Origin: the human T2T-CHM13v2.0 reference genome, Homo sapiens
DNA: 64,000 bases
Assembly: GCF_009914755.1 (NCBI RefSeq)
Contig: NC_060935.1
Reading direction: 5' to 3' (one strand)
Under the pieces are notes generated by a model. That model made no database searches and was not told the DNA's origin. It was given only the letters and a program-made list of their open reading frames with translations. How positions within the stretch are numbered: position 1 is the first letter of the stretch; each line of letters starts with the position of its first letter. Below, one piece after another: positions 12,557 to 27,500 of the stretch. A program made the position numbers and the translations under genes.

Positions 12557-15500
12557 GAAGCATTCTGAGAAACTTCTTTGTGATGTTTGCATTCAACTCA
12601 CAGAGTTGAACCTTGCTTTCATAGTTCAGCTTTCAAACACTCTTTTTGTAGAATCTGCAAGTGGATATTTGGACCACTTTGTGGCCTTCCTTCGAAACGG
12701 GTATATCTTCACATCAAACCTAGACAGAAGCATTCTCAGAATGTTTCCTGTGATGACTGCATTCAACTCACAGAGGTGAACAATCCTGCTGGTGGAGCAC
12801 TTTTGAAACTCTCTTTCTTTGGATTCTGCAAGTGGATATGTGGACCTCTGTGAAGATTTCGTTGGAAACGGGTTCATCCTCACAGAAAAACTAAACAGGA
12901 GCATTCTCAGAAACTGCTTTGTGATGTTTGTGTTCCACTTCAAGAATTGAACTTTCCTCTTGACAGAGCAGCTCTGAAACCCTCTTTTTCTAGAATCTGC
13001 AAGTGGACATTTGGAGGGCTTTGAGGCCTGTGGTGGAAAAAGAAAATCTTCACATAAAAACTTTAGGAAGCATTCTCAGAAACTACTTTGTGATGATTGC
13101 ATTCGACTCACAGAGTACAACATTCCTATAGGGAGAGCAGGTTGTAAACAATCTTTTTGTAGAATCTGCGATTAGAGATTTGGACTGCTTTGAGGCCTAC
13201 TGTAGTAAAGGAAATAACTTCATCTAAAAACCAAACGGAAGCATTCACAGACAATTCTTAGTGATCATTGGATTGAACTAACAGAGCTGAACATTCCTTT
13301 AGATGGCGCAGTTTCCAGACACACTTTCTGTAGAATCTGCAAGTGGATATTTGCACCTCTCTGAGGATTTCGTTGGAAACAGGATAAAATTCCCAGAACT
13401 ACACGGAAGCATTCTGAGAAACTTCTTTGTGATGTTTGCATTCAACTCACAGAGTTGAACCTTGCTTTCATAGTTCAGCTTTCAAACACTCTTTTTGTAG
13501 AATCTGCAAGTGGATATTTGGACCACTTTGTGGCCTTCCTTCGAAACGGGTATATCTTCACATCAAACCTAGACAGAAGCATTCTCAGAATGTTTCCTGT
13601 GATGACTGCATTCAACTCACAGAGGTGAACAATCCTGCTGATGGAGCAGTTTTGAAACTCTCTTTCTTTGGATTCTGCAAGTGGATATGTGGACCTCTGT
13701 GAAGATTTCGTTGGAAACGGGTTCATCTTCACAGAAAAATTAACAGGAGCATTCTCAGAAACTGCTTTGTGATGTTTGTGTTCCACTTCAGGAATTGAAC
13801 TTTCCTCTTGACAGAGCAGCTCTGAAACCCTCTTTTTCTAGAATCTGCAAGTGGACATTTGGAGGGCTTTGAGGCCTGTGGTGGAAAAGGAAAATCTTCA
13901 CATAAAAACTAGATGGAAGCATTCTCAGAAACTACTTTGTGATGATTGCATTCGACTCACAGAGTTGAACATTCCTATAGATAGAGCAGGTTGTAAACAA
14001 TCTTTTTGTAGAATCTGCGATGGGAGATTTGGACTGCTTTGAGGCCTACTGTAGTAAAGGAAATAACTTCATCTAAAAACCAAACGGAAGCATTCACAGA
14101 CAATTCTTAGTGATCATTGGATTGAACTAACAGAGCTGAACATTCCTTTAGATGGAGCAGTTTCCAAACCCACTTTCTGTAGAATCTGCATGTGGATATT
14201 TGGACTTCTCTGAGGATTTCGTTGGAAACGGGATAAACTTCCCAGAACTACACAGAAGCATTGTGAGAAACTTCTTTGTGATGTTTGCATTCAACTCACA
14301 GAGTTGAACCTTGCTTTCATAGTTCAGCTTTCAAACACTCTTTTTGTAGAATCTGCAAGTGGATATTTGGACCACTTTGTGGCCTTCCTTCGAAACGGGT
14401 ATATCTTCCCATCAAACCTAGACAGAAGCATTCTCAGAATGTTTCCTGTGATGACTGCATTCAACTCACAGAGGTGAACAATCCTGCTGATGGAGCAGTT
14501 TTGAAACTCTCTTTCTTTGGATTCTGCAAGTGGATATGTGGACCTCTGTGAAGATTTCGTTGGAAACGGGTTCATCCTCACAGAAAAACTAAACAGGAGC
14601 ATTCTCAGAAACTGCTTTGTGATGTTTGTGTTCCACTTCAAGAATTGAACTTTCCTCTTGACAGAGCAGCTCTGAAACCCTCTTTTTCTAGAATCTGCAA
14701 GTGGACATTTGGAGGGCTTTGAGGCCTGTGGTGGAAAAGGAAAATCTTCACATAAAAACTAGATAGAAGCATTCTCAGAAACTACTTTGTGATGATTGCA
14801 TTCGACTCACAGAGTTCAACATTCCTATAGGGAGAGCAGGTTGTAAACAATCTTTTTGTAGAATCTGCGATTAGAGATTTGGACTGCTTTGAGGCCTACT
14901 GTAGTAAAGGAAATAACTTCATCTAAAAACCAAACGGAAGCATTCACAGACAATTCTTAGTGATCATTGCATTGAACTAACAGAGCTGAACATTCGTTTA
15001 GATGGCGCAGTTTCCAAACACACTTTCTGTAGAATCTGCAAGTGGATATTTGGACCTCTCTGAGGATTTCGTTGGAAACGGGATAAACTTCCCAGAACTA
15101 CACGGAAGCATTCTGAGAAACTTCTTTGTGATGTTTGCATTCAACTCACAGAGTTGAACCTTGCTTTCATAGTTCAGCTTTCAAACACTCTTTTTGTAGA
15201 ATCTGCAAGTGGATATTTGGACCACTTTGTGGCCTTCCTTCGAAACGGGTATATCTTCACATCAAACCTAGACAGAAGCATTCTCAGAATGTTTCCTGTG
15301 ATGACTGCATTCAACTCACAGAGGTGAACAATCCTGCTGATGGAGCAGTTTTGGAATTCTCTTTCTTTGGATTCTGCAAGTGGATATGTGGACCTCTGTG
15401 AAGATTTCGTTGGAAACGGGTTCATCTTCACAGAAAAACTAAACAGAAGCATTCTCAGAAACTGCTTTGTGATGTTTGTGTTCCACTTCAGGAATTGAAA

Positions 15501-18500
15501 TTTCCTCTTGACAGAGCAGCTCTGAAACCCTCTTATTCTAGAATCTGCAAGTGGACATTTGAAGGGCTTTGAGGCCTGTGGTGGAAAAGGAAAATCTTCA
15601 CATAAAAACTAGATGGAAGCATTCTCAGAAACTACTTTGTGATGATTGCATTCGACTCACAGAGTTGAACATTCCTATAGATAGAGCAGGTTGTAAACAA
15701 TCTTTTTGTAGAATCTGCGATTGGAGATTTGGACTGCTTTGAGGCCTACTGTAGTAAAGGAAATAACTTCATCTAAAAACCAAACGGAAGCATTCACAGA
15801 CAATTCTTAGTGATCATTGGATTGAACTAACAGAGCTGAACATTCGTTGAGATGGCGCAGTTTCCAAACACACTTTCTGTAGAATCTGCAAGTGGATATT
15901 TGGACCTCTCTGAGGATTTCGTTGGAAACGGGATAAACTTCCCAGAACTACACGGAAGCATTCTGAGAAACTTCTTTGTGATGTTTGCATTCAACTCACA
16001 GAGTTGAACCTTGCTTTCATAGTTCAGCTTTCAAACACTCTTTTTGTAGAATCTGCAAGTGGATATTTGGACCACTTTGTGGCCTTCCTTCGAAACGGGT
16101 ATATCTTCACATCAAACCTAGACAGAAGCATTCTCAGAATGTTTCCTGTGATGACTGCATTCAACTCACAGAGGTGAACAATCCTGCTGATGGAGCAGTT
16201 TTGAAACTCTCTTTCTTTGGATTCTGCAAGTGGATATGTGGACCTCTGTGAAGATTTCGTTGGAAACGGGTTCATCTTCACAGAAAAATTAACAGGAGCA
16301 TTCTCAGAAACTGCTTTGTGATGTTTGTGTTCCACTTCAGGAATTGAACTTTCCTCTTGACAGAGCAGCTCTGAAACCCTCTTTTTCTAGAATCTGCAAG
16401 TGGACATTTGGAGGGCTTTGAGGCCTGTGGTGGAAAAGGAAAATCTTCACATAAAAACTAGATGGAAGCATTCTCAGAAACTACTTTGTGATGATTGCAT
16501 TCGACTCACAGAGTTGAACATTCCTATAGATAGAGCAGGTTGTAAACAATCTTTTTGTAGAATCTGCGATGGGAGATTTGGACTGCTTTGAGGCCTACTG
16601 TAGTAAAGGAAATAACTTCATCTAAAAACCAAACGGAAGCATTCACAGACAATTCTTAGTGATCATTGGATTGAACTAACAGAGCTGAACATTCCTTTAG
16701 ATGGAGCAGTTTCCAAACCCACTTTCTGTAGAATCTGCATGTGGATATTTGGACTTCTCTGAGGATTTCGTTGGAAACGGGATAAACTTCCCAGAACTAC
16801 ACAGAAGCATTGTGAGAAACTTCTTTGTGATGTTTGCATTCAACTCACAGAGTTGAACCTTGCTTTCATAGTTCAGCTTTCAAACACTCTTTTTGTAGAA
16901 TCTGCAAGTGGATATTTGGACCACTTTGTGGCCTTCCTTCGAAACGGGTATATCTTCCCATCAAACCTAGACAGAAGCATTCTCAGAATGTTTCCTGTGA
17001 TGACTGCATTCAACTCACAGAGGTGAACAATCCTGCTGATGGAGCAGTTTTGAAACTCTCTTTCTTTGGATTCTGCAAGTGGATATGTGGACCTCTGTGA
17101 AGATTTCGTTGGAAACGGGTTCATCCTCACAGAAAAACTAAACAGGAGCATTCTCAGAAACTGCTTTGTGATGTTTGTGTTCCACTTCAAGAATTGAACT
17201 TTCCTCTTGACAGAGCAGCTCTGAAACCCTCTTTTTCTAGAATCTGCAAGTGGACATTTGGAGGGCTTTGAGGCCTGTGGTGGAAAAGGAAAATCTTCAC
17301 ATAAAAACTAGATAGAAGCATTCTCAGAAACTACTTTGTGATGATTGCATTCGACTCACAGAGTTCAACATTCCTATAGGGAGAGCAGGTTGTAAACAAT
17401 CTTTTTGTAGAATCTGCGATTAGAGATTTGGACTGCTTTGAGGCCTACTGTAGTAAAGGAAATAACTTCATCTAAAAACCAAACGGAAGCATTCACAGAC
17501 AATTCTTAGTGATCATTGCATTGAACTAACAGAGCTGAACATTCGTTTAGATGGCGCAGTTTCCAAACACACTTTCTGTAGAATCTGCAAGTGGATATTT
17601 GGACCTCTCTGAGGATTTCGTTGGAAACGGGATAAACTTCCCAGAACTACACGGAAGCATTCTGAGAAACTTCTTTGTGATGTTTGCATTCAACTCACAG
17701 AGTTGAACCTTGCTTTCATAGTTCAGCTTTCAAACACTCTTTTTGTAGAATCTGCAAGTGGATATTTGGACCACTTTGTTGCCTTCCTTCGAAACGGGTA
17801 TATCTTCACATCAAACCTAGACAGAAGCATTCTCAGAATGTTTCCTGTGATGACTGCATTCAACTCACAGAGGTGAACAATCCTGCTGATGGAGCAGTTT
17901 TGGAATTCTCTTTCTTTGGATTCTGCAAGTGGATATGTGGACCTCTGTGAAGATTTCGTTGGAAACGGGTTCATCTTCACAGAAAAACTAAACAGAAGCA
18001 TTCTCAGAAACTGCTTTGTGATGTTTGTGTTCCACTTCAGGAATTGAAATTTCCTCTTGACAGAGCAGCTCTGAAACCCTCTTATTCTAGAATCTGCAAG
18101 TGGACATTTGAAGGGCTTTGAGGCCTGTGGTGGAAAAGGAAAATCTTCACATAAAAACTAGATGGAAGCATTCTCAGAAACTACTTTGTGATGATTGCAT
18201 TCGACTCACAGAGTTGAACATTCCTATAGATAGAGCAGGTTGTAAACAATCTTTTTGTAGAATCTGCGATTGGAGATTTGGACTGCTTTGAGGCCTACTG
18301 TAGTAAAGGAAATAACTTCATCTAAAAACCAAACGGAAGCATTCACAGACAATTCTTAGTGATCATTGGATTGAACTAACAGAGCTGAACATTCGTTGAG
18401 ATGGCGCAGTTTCCAAACACACTTTCTGTAGAATCTGCAAGTGGATATTTGGACCTCTCTGAGGATTTCGTTGGAAACGGGATAAACTTCCCAGAACTAC

Positions 18501-21500
18501 ACGGAAGCATTCTGAGAAACTTCTTTGTGATGTTTGCATTCAACTCACAGAGTTGAACCTTGCTTTCATAGTTCAGCTTTCAAACACTCTTTTTGTAGAA
18601 TCTGCAAGTGGATATTTGGACCACTTTGTGGCCTTCCTTCGAAACGGGTATATCTTCACATCAAACCTAGACAGAAGCATTCTCAGAATGTTTCCTGTGA
18701 TGACTGCATTCAACTCACAGAGGTGAACAATCCTGCTGATGGAGCAGTTTTGGAATTCTCTTTCTTTGGATTCTGCAAGTGGATATGTGGACCTCTGTGA
18801 AGATTTCGTTGGAAACGGGTTCATCTTCACAGAAAAACTAAACAGAAGCATTCTCAGAAACTGCTTTGTGATGTTTGTGTTCCACTTCAGGAATTGAACT
18901 TTCCTCTTGACAGAGCAGCTCTGAAACCCTCTTATTCTAGAATCTGCAAGTGGACATTTGAAGGGCTTTGAGGCCTGTGGTGGAAAAGGAAAATCTTCAC
19001 ATAAAAACTAGATGGAAGCATTCTCAGAAACTACTTTGTGATGATTGCATTCGACTCACAGAGTTGAACATTCCTATAGATAGAGCAGGTTGTAAACAAT
19101 CTTTTTGTAGAATCTGCGATTGGAGATTTGGACTGCTTTGAGGCCTACTGTAGTAAAGGAAATAACTTCATCTAAAAACCAAACGGAAGCATTCACAGAC
19201 AATTCTTAGTGATCATTGGATTGAACTAACAGAGCTGAACATTCGTTGAGATGGCGCAGTTTCCAAACACACTTTCTGTAGAATCTGCAAGTGGATATTT
19301 GGACCTCTCTGAGGATTTCGTTGGAAACGGGATAAACTTCCCAGAACTACACGGAAGCATTCTGAGAAACTTCTTTGTGATGTTTGCATTCAACTCACAG
19401 AGTTGAACCTTGCTTTCATAGTTCAGCTTTCAAACACTCTTTTTGTAGAATCTGCAAGTGGATATTTGGACCACTTTGTGGCCTTCCTTCGAAACGGGTA
19501 TATCTTCACATCAAACCTAGACAGAAGCATTCTCAGAATGTTTCCTGTGATGACTGCATTCAACTCACAGAGGTGAACAATCCTGCTGGTGGAGCACTTT
19601 TGAAACTCTCTTTCTTTGGATTCTGCAAGTGGATATGTGGACCTCTGTGAAGATTTCGTTGGAAACGGGTTCATCCTCACAGAAAAACTAAACAGGAGCA
19701 TTCTCAGAAACTGCTTTGTGATGTTTGTGTTCCACTTCAAGAATTGAACTTTCCTCTTGACAGAGCAGCTCTGAAACCCTCTTTTTCTAGAATCTGCAAG
19801 TGGACATTTGGAGGGCTTTGAGGCCTGTGGTGGAAAAGGAAAATCTTCACATAAAAACTAGATGGAAGCATTCTCAGAAACTACTTTGTGATGATTGCAT
19901 TCGACTCACAGAGTACAACATTCCTATAGGGAGAGCAGGTTGTAAACAATCTTTTTGTAGAATCTGCGATTAGAGATTTGGACTGCTTTGAGGCCTACTG
20001 TAGTAAAGGAAATAACTTCATCTAAAAACCAAACGGAAGCATTCACAGACAATTCTTAGTGATCATTGGATTGAACTAACAGAGCTGAACATTCCTTTAA
20101 ATGGCGCAGTTTCCAGACACACTTTCTGTAGAATCTGCAAGTGGATATTTGGACCTCTCTGAGGATTTCGTTGGAAACAGGATAAAATTCCCAGAACTAC
20201 ACGGAAGCATTCTGAGAAACTTCTTTGTGATGTTTGCATTCAACTCACAGAGTTGAACCTTGCTTTCATAGTTCAGCTTTCAAACACTCTTTTTGTAGAA
20301 TCTGCAAGTGGATATTTGGACCACTTTGTGGCCTTCCTTCGAAACGGGTATATCTTCACATCAAACCTAGACAGAAGCATTCTCAGAATGTTTCCTGTGA
20401 TGACTGCATTCAACTCACAGAGGTGAACAATCCTGCTGATGGAGCAGTTTTGAAACTCTCTTTCTTTGGATTCTGCAAGTGGATATGTGGACCTCTGTGA
20501 AGATTTCGTTGGAAACGGGTTCATCTTCACAGAAAAATTAACAGGAGCATTCTCAGAAACTGCTTTGTGATGTTTGTGTTCCACTTCAGGAATTGAACTT
20601 TCCTCTTGACAGAGCAGCTCTGAAACCCTCTTTTTCTAGAATCTGCAAGTGGACATTTGGAGGGCTTTGAGGCCTGTGGTGGAAAAGGAAAATCTTCACA
20701 TACAAACTAGATGGAAGCATTCTCAGAAACTACTTCGTGATGATTGCATTCGACTCACAGAGTTGAACATTCCTATAGATAGAGCAGGTTGTAAACAATC
20801 TTTTTGTAGAATCTGCGATGGGAGATTTGGACTGCTTTGAGGCCTACTGTAGTAAAGGAAATAACTTCATCTAAAAACCAAACGGAAGCATTCACAGACA
20901 ATTCTTAGTGATCATTGGATTGAACTAACAGAGCTGAACATTCCTTTAGATGGAGCAGTTTCCAAACCCACTTTCTGTAGAATCTGCAAGTGGATATTTG
21001 GACTTCTCTGAGGATTTCGTTGGAAACGGGATAAACTTCCCAGAACTACACAGAAGCATTGTGAGAAACTTCTTTGTGATGTTTGCATTCAACTCACAGA
21101 GTTGAACCTTGCTTTCATAGTTCAGCTTTCAAACACTCTTTTTGTAGAATCTGCAAGTGGATATTTGGACCACTTTGTGGCCTTCCTTCGAAACGGGTAT
21201 ATCTTCACATCAAACCTAGACAGAAGCATTCTCAGAATGTTTCCTGTGATGACTGCATTCAACTCACAGAGGTGAACAATCCTGCTGATGGAGCAGTTTT
21301 GAAACTCTCTTTCTTTGGATTCTGCAAGTGGATATGTGGACCTCTGTGAAGATTTCGTTGGAAACGGGTTCATCCTCACAGAAAAACTAAACAGGAGCAT
21401 TCTCAGAAACTGCTTTGTGATGTTTGTGTTCCACTTCAAGAATTGAACTTTCCTCTTGACAGAGCAGCTCTGAAACCCTCTTTTTCTAGAATCTGCAAGT

Positions 21501-24500
21501 GGACATTTGGAGGGCTTTGAGGCCTGTGGTGGAAAAGGAAAATCTTCACATAAAAACTAGATAGAAGCATTCTCAGAAACTACTTTGTGATGATTGCATT
21601 CGACTCACAGAGTTCAACATTCCTATAGGGAGAGCAGGTTGTAAACAATCTTTTTGTAGAATCTGCGATTAGAGATTTGGACTGCTTTGAGGCCTACTGT
21701 AGTAAAGGAAATAACTTCATCTAAAAACCAAACGGAAGCATTCACAGACAATTCTTAGTGATCATTGCATTGAACTAACAGAGCTGAACATTCGTTTAGA
21801 TGGCGCAGTTTCCAAACACACTTTCTGTAGAATCTGCAAGTGGATATTTGAACCTCTCTGAGGATTTCGTTGGAAACGGGATAAACTTCCCAGAACTACA
21901 CGGAAGCATTCTGAGAAACTTCTTTGTGATGTTTGCATTCAACTCACAGAGTTGAACCTTGCTTTCATAGTTCAGCTTTCAAACACTCTTTTTGTAGAAT
22001 CTGCAAGTGGATATTTGGACCACTTTGTTGCCTTCCTTCGAAACGGGTATATCTTCACATCAAACCTAGACAGAAGCATTCTCAGAATGTTTCCTGTGAT
22101 GACTGCATTCAACTCACAGAGGTGAACAATCCTGCTGATGGAGCAGTTTTGGAATTCTCTTTCTTTGGATTCTGCAAGTGGATATGTGGACCTCTGTGAA
22201 GATTTCGTTGGAAACGGGTTCATCTTCACAGAAAAACTAAACAGAAGCATTCTCAGAAACTGCTTTGTGATGTTTGTGTTCCACTTCAGGAATTGAACTT
22301 TCCTCTTGACAGAGCAGCTCTGAAACCCTCTTATTCTAGAATCTGCAAGTGGACATTTGAAGGGCTTTGAGGCCTGTGGTGGAAAAGGAAAATCTTCACA
22401 TAAAAACTAGATGGAAGCATTCTCAGAAACTACTTTGTGATGATTGCATTCGACTCACAGAGTTGAACATTCCTATAGATAGAGCAGGTTGTAAACAATC
22501 TTTTTGTAGAATCTGCGATTGGAGATTTGGACTGCTTTGAGGCCTACTGTAGTAAAGGAAATAACTTCATCTAAAAACCAAACGGAAGCATTCACAGACA
22601 ATTCTTAGTGATCATTGGATTGAACTAACAGAGCTGAACATTCGTTGAGATGGCGCAGTTTCCAAACACACTTTCTGTAGAATCTGCAAGTGGATATTTG
22701 GACCTCTCTGAGGATTTCGTTGGAAACGGGATAAACTTCCCAGAACTACACGGAAGCATTCTGAGAAACTTCTTTGTGATGTTTGCATTCAACTCACAGA
22801 GTTGAACCTTGCTTTCATAGTTCAGCTTTCAAACACTCTTTTTGTAGAATCTGCAAGTGGATATTTGGACCACTTTGTGGCCTTCCTTCGAAACGGGTAT
22901 ATCTTCACATCAAACCTAGACAGAAGCATTCTCAGAATGTTTCCTGTGATGACTGCATTCAACTCACAGAGGTGAACAATCCTGCTGGTGGAGCACTTTT
23001 GAAACTCTCTTTCTTTGGATTCTGCAAGTGGATATGTGGACCTCTGTGAAGATTTCGTTGGAAACGGGTTCATCCTCACAGAAAAACTAAACAGGAGCAT
23101 TCTCAGAAACTGCTTTGTGATGTTTGTGTTCCACTTCAAGAATTGAACTTTCCTCTTGACAGAGCAGCTCTGAAACCCTCTTTTTCTAGAATCTGCAAGT
23201 GGACATTTGGAGGGCTTTGAGGCCTGTGGTGGAAAAAGAAAATCTTCACGTAAAAACTAGATGGAAGCATTCTCAGAAACTACTTTGTGATGATTGCATT
23301 CGACTCACAGAGTACAACATTCCTATAGGGAGAGCAGGTTGTAAACAATCTTTTTGTAGAATCTGCGATTAGAGATTTGGACTGCTTTGAGGCCTACTGT
23401 AGTAAAGGAAATAACTTCATCTAAAAACCAAACGGAAGCATTCACAGACAATTCTTAGTGATCATTGGATTGAACTAACAGAGCTGAACATTCCTTTAAA
23501 TGGCGCAGTTTCCAGACACACTTTCTGTAGAATCTGCAAGTGGATATTTGGACCTCTCTGAGGATTTCGTTGGAAACAGGATAAAATTCCCAGAACTACA
23601 CGGAAGCATTCTGAGAAACTTCTTTGTGATGTTTGCATTCAACTCACAGAGTTGAACCTTGCTTTCATAGTTCAGCTTTCAAACACTCTTTTTGTAGAAT
23701 CTGCAAGTGGATATTTGGACCACTTTGTGGCCTTCCTTCGAAACGGGTATATCTTCACATCAAACCTAGACAGAAGCATTCTCAGAATGTTTCCTGTGAT
23801 GACTGCATTCAACTCACAGAGGTGAACAATCCTGCTGATGGAGCAGTTTTGAAACTCTCTTTCTTTGGATTCTGCAAGTGGATATGTGGACCTCTGTGAA
23901 GATTTCGTTGGAAACGGGTTCATCTTCACAGAAAAATTAACAGGAGCATTCTCAGAAACTGCTTTGTGATGTTTGTGTTCCACTTCAGGAATTGAACTTT
24001 CCTCTTGACAGAGCAGCTCTGAAACGCTCTTTTTCTAGAATCTGCAAGTGGACATTTGGAGGGCTTTGAGGCCTGTGGTGGAAAAGGAAAATCTTCACAT
24101 ACAAACTAGATGGAAGCATTCTCAGAAACTACTTCGTGATGATTGCATTCGACTCACAGAGTTGAACATTCCTATAGATAGAGCAGGTTGTAAACAATCT
24201 TTTTGTAGAATCTGCGATGGGAGATTTGGACTGCTTTGAGGCCTACTGTAGTAAAGGAAATAACTTCATCTAAAAACCAAACGGAAGCATTCACAGACAA
24301 TTCTTAGTGATCATTGGATTGAACTAACAGAGCTGAACATTCCTTTAGATGGAGCAGTTTCCAAACCCACTTTCTGTAGAATCTGCAAGTGGATATTTGG
24401 ACTTCTCTGAGGATTTCGTTGGAAACGGGATAAACTTCCCAGAACTACACAGAAGCATTGTGAGAAACTTCTTTGTGATGTTTGCATTCAACTCACAGAG

Positions 24501-27500
24501 TTGAACCTTGCTTTCATAGTTCAGCTTTCAAACACTCTTTTTGTAGAATCTGCAAGTGGATATTTGGACCACTTTGTGGCCTTCCTTCGAAACGGGTATA
24601 TCTTCACATCAAACCTAGACAGAAGCATTCTCAGAATGTTTCCTGTGATGACTGCATTCAACTCACAGAGGTGAACAATCCTGCTGATGGAGCAGTTTTG
24701 AAACTCTCTTTCTTTGGATTCTGCAAGTGGATATGTGGACCTCTGTGAAGATTTCGTTGGAAACGGGTTCATCCTCACAGAAAAACTAAACAGGAGCATT
24801 CTCAGAAACTGCTTTGTGATGTTTGTGTTCCACTTCAAGAATTGAACTTTCCTCTTGACAGAGCAGCTCTGAAACCCTCTTTTTCTAGAATCTGCAAGTG
24901 GACATTTGGAGGGCTTTGAGGCCTGTGGTGGAAAAGGAAAATCTTCACATAAAAACTAGATAGAAGCATTCTCAGAAACTACTTTGTGATGATTGCATTC
25001 GACTCACAGAGTTCAACATTCCTATAGGGAGAGCAGGTTGTAAACAATCTTTTTGTAGAATCTGCGATTAGAGATTTGGACTGCTTTGAGGCCTACTGTA
25101 GTAAAGGAAATAACTTCATCTAAAAACCAAACGGAAGCATTCACAGACAATTCTTAGTGATCATTGCATTGAACTAACAGAGCTGAACATTCGTTTAGAT
25201 GGCGCAGTTTCCAAACACACTTTCTGTAGAATCTGCAAGTGGATATTTGAACCTCTCTGAGGATTTCGTTGGAAACGGGATAAACTTCCCAGAACTACAC
25301 GGAAGCATTCTGAGAAACTTCTTTGTGATGTTTGCATTCAACTCACAGAGTTGAACCTTGCTTTCATAGTTCAGCTTTCAAACACTCTTTTTGTAGAATC
25401 TGCAAGTGGATATTTGGACCACTTTGTTGCCTTCCTTCGAAACGGGTATATCTTCACATCAAACCTAGACAGAAGCATTCTCAGAATGTTTCCTGTGATG
25501 ACTGCATTCAACTCACAGAGGTGAACAATCCTGCTGATGGAGCAGTTTTGGAATTCTCTTTCTTTGGATTCTGCAAGTGGATATGTGGACCTCTGTGAAG
25601 ATTTCGTTGGAAACGGGTTCATCTTCACAGAAAAACTAAACAGAAGCATTCTCAGAAACTGCTTTGTGATGTTTGTGTTCCACTTCAGGAATTGAACTTT
25701 CCTCTTGACAGAGCAGCTCTGAAACCCTCTTATTCTAGAATCTGCAAGTGGACATTTGAAGGGCTTTGAGGCCTGTGGTGGAAAAGGAAAATCTTCACAT
25801 AAAAACTAGATGGAAGCATTCTCAGAAACTACTTTGTGATGATTGCATTCGACTCACAGAGTTGAACATTCCTATAGATAGAGCAGGTTGTAAACAATCT
25901 TTTTGTAGAATCTGCGATTGGAGATTTGGACTGCTTTGAGGCCTACTGTAGTAAAGGAAATAACTTCATCTAAAAACCAAACGGAAGCATTCACAGACAA
26001 TTCTTAGTGATCATTGGATTGAACTAACAGAGCTGAACATTCGTTGAGATGGCGCAGTTTCCAAACACACTTTCTGTAGAATCTGCAAGTGGATATTTGG
26101 ACCTCTCTGAGGATTTCGTTGGAAACGGGATAAACTTCCCAGAACTACACGGAAGCATTCTGAGAAACTTCTTTGTGATGTTTGCATTCAACTCACAGAG
26201 TTGAACCTTGCTTTCATAGTTCAGCTTTCAAACACTCTTTTTGTAGAATCTGCAAGTGGATATTTGGACCACTTTGTGGCATTCCTTCGAAACGGGTATA
26301 TCTTCACATCAAACCTAGACAGAAGCATTCTCAGAATGTTTCCTGTGATGACTGCATTCAACTCACAGAGGTGAACAATCCTGCTGGTGGAGCACTTTTG
26401 AAACTCTCTTTCTTTGGATTCTGCAAGTGGATATGTGGACCTCTGTGAAGATTTCGTTGGAAACGGGTTCATCCTCACAGAAAAACTAAACAGGAGCATT
26501 CTCAGAAACTGCTTTGTGATGTTTGTGTTCCACTTCAAGAATTGAACTTTCCTCTTGACAGAGCAGCTCTGAAACCCTCTTTTTCTAGAATCTGCAAGTG
26601 GACATTTGGAGGGCTTTGAGGCCTGTGGTGGAAAAAGAAAATCTTCACATAAAAACTAGATGGAAGCATTCTCAGAAACTATTTTGTGATGATTGCATTC
26701 GACTCACAGAGTACAACATTCCTATAGGGAGAGCAGGTTGTAAACAATCTTTTTGTAGAATCTGCGATTAGAGATTTGGACTGCTTTGAGGCCTACTGTA
26801 GTAAAGGAAATAACTTCATCTAAAAACCAAACGGAAGCATTCACAGACAATTCTTTGTGATCATTGGATTGAACTAACAGAGCTGAACATTCCTTTAAAT
26901 GGCGCAGTTTCCAGACACACTTTCTGTAGAATCTGCAAGTGGATATTTGGACCTCTCTGAGGATTTCGTTGGAAACAGGATAAAATTCCCAGAACTACAC
27001 GGAAGCATTCTGAGAAACTTCTTTGTGATGTTTGCATTCAACTCACAGAGTTGAACCTTGCTTTCATAGTTCAGCTTTCAAACACTCTTTTTGTAGAATC
27101 TGCAAGTGGATATTTGGACCACTTTGTGGCCTTCCTTCGAAACGGGTATATCTTCACATCAAACCTAGACAGAAGCATTCTCAGAATGTTTCCTGTGATG
27201 ACTGCATTCAACTCACAGAGGTGAACAATCCTGCTGATGGAGCAGTTTTGAAACTCTCTTTCTTTGGATTCTGCAAGTGGATATGTGGACCTCTGTGAAG
27301 ATTTCGTTGGAAACGGGTTCATCTTCACAGAAAAATTAACAGGAGCATTCTCAGAAACTGCTTTGTGATGTTTGTGTTCCACTTCAGGAATTGAACTTTC
27401 CTCTTGACAGAGCAGCTCTGAAACCCTCTTTTTCTAGAATCTGCAAGTGGACATTTGGAGGGCTTTGAGGCCTGTGGTGGAAAAGGAAAATCTTCACATA

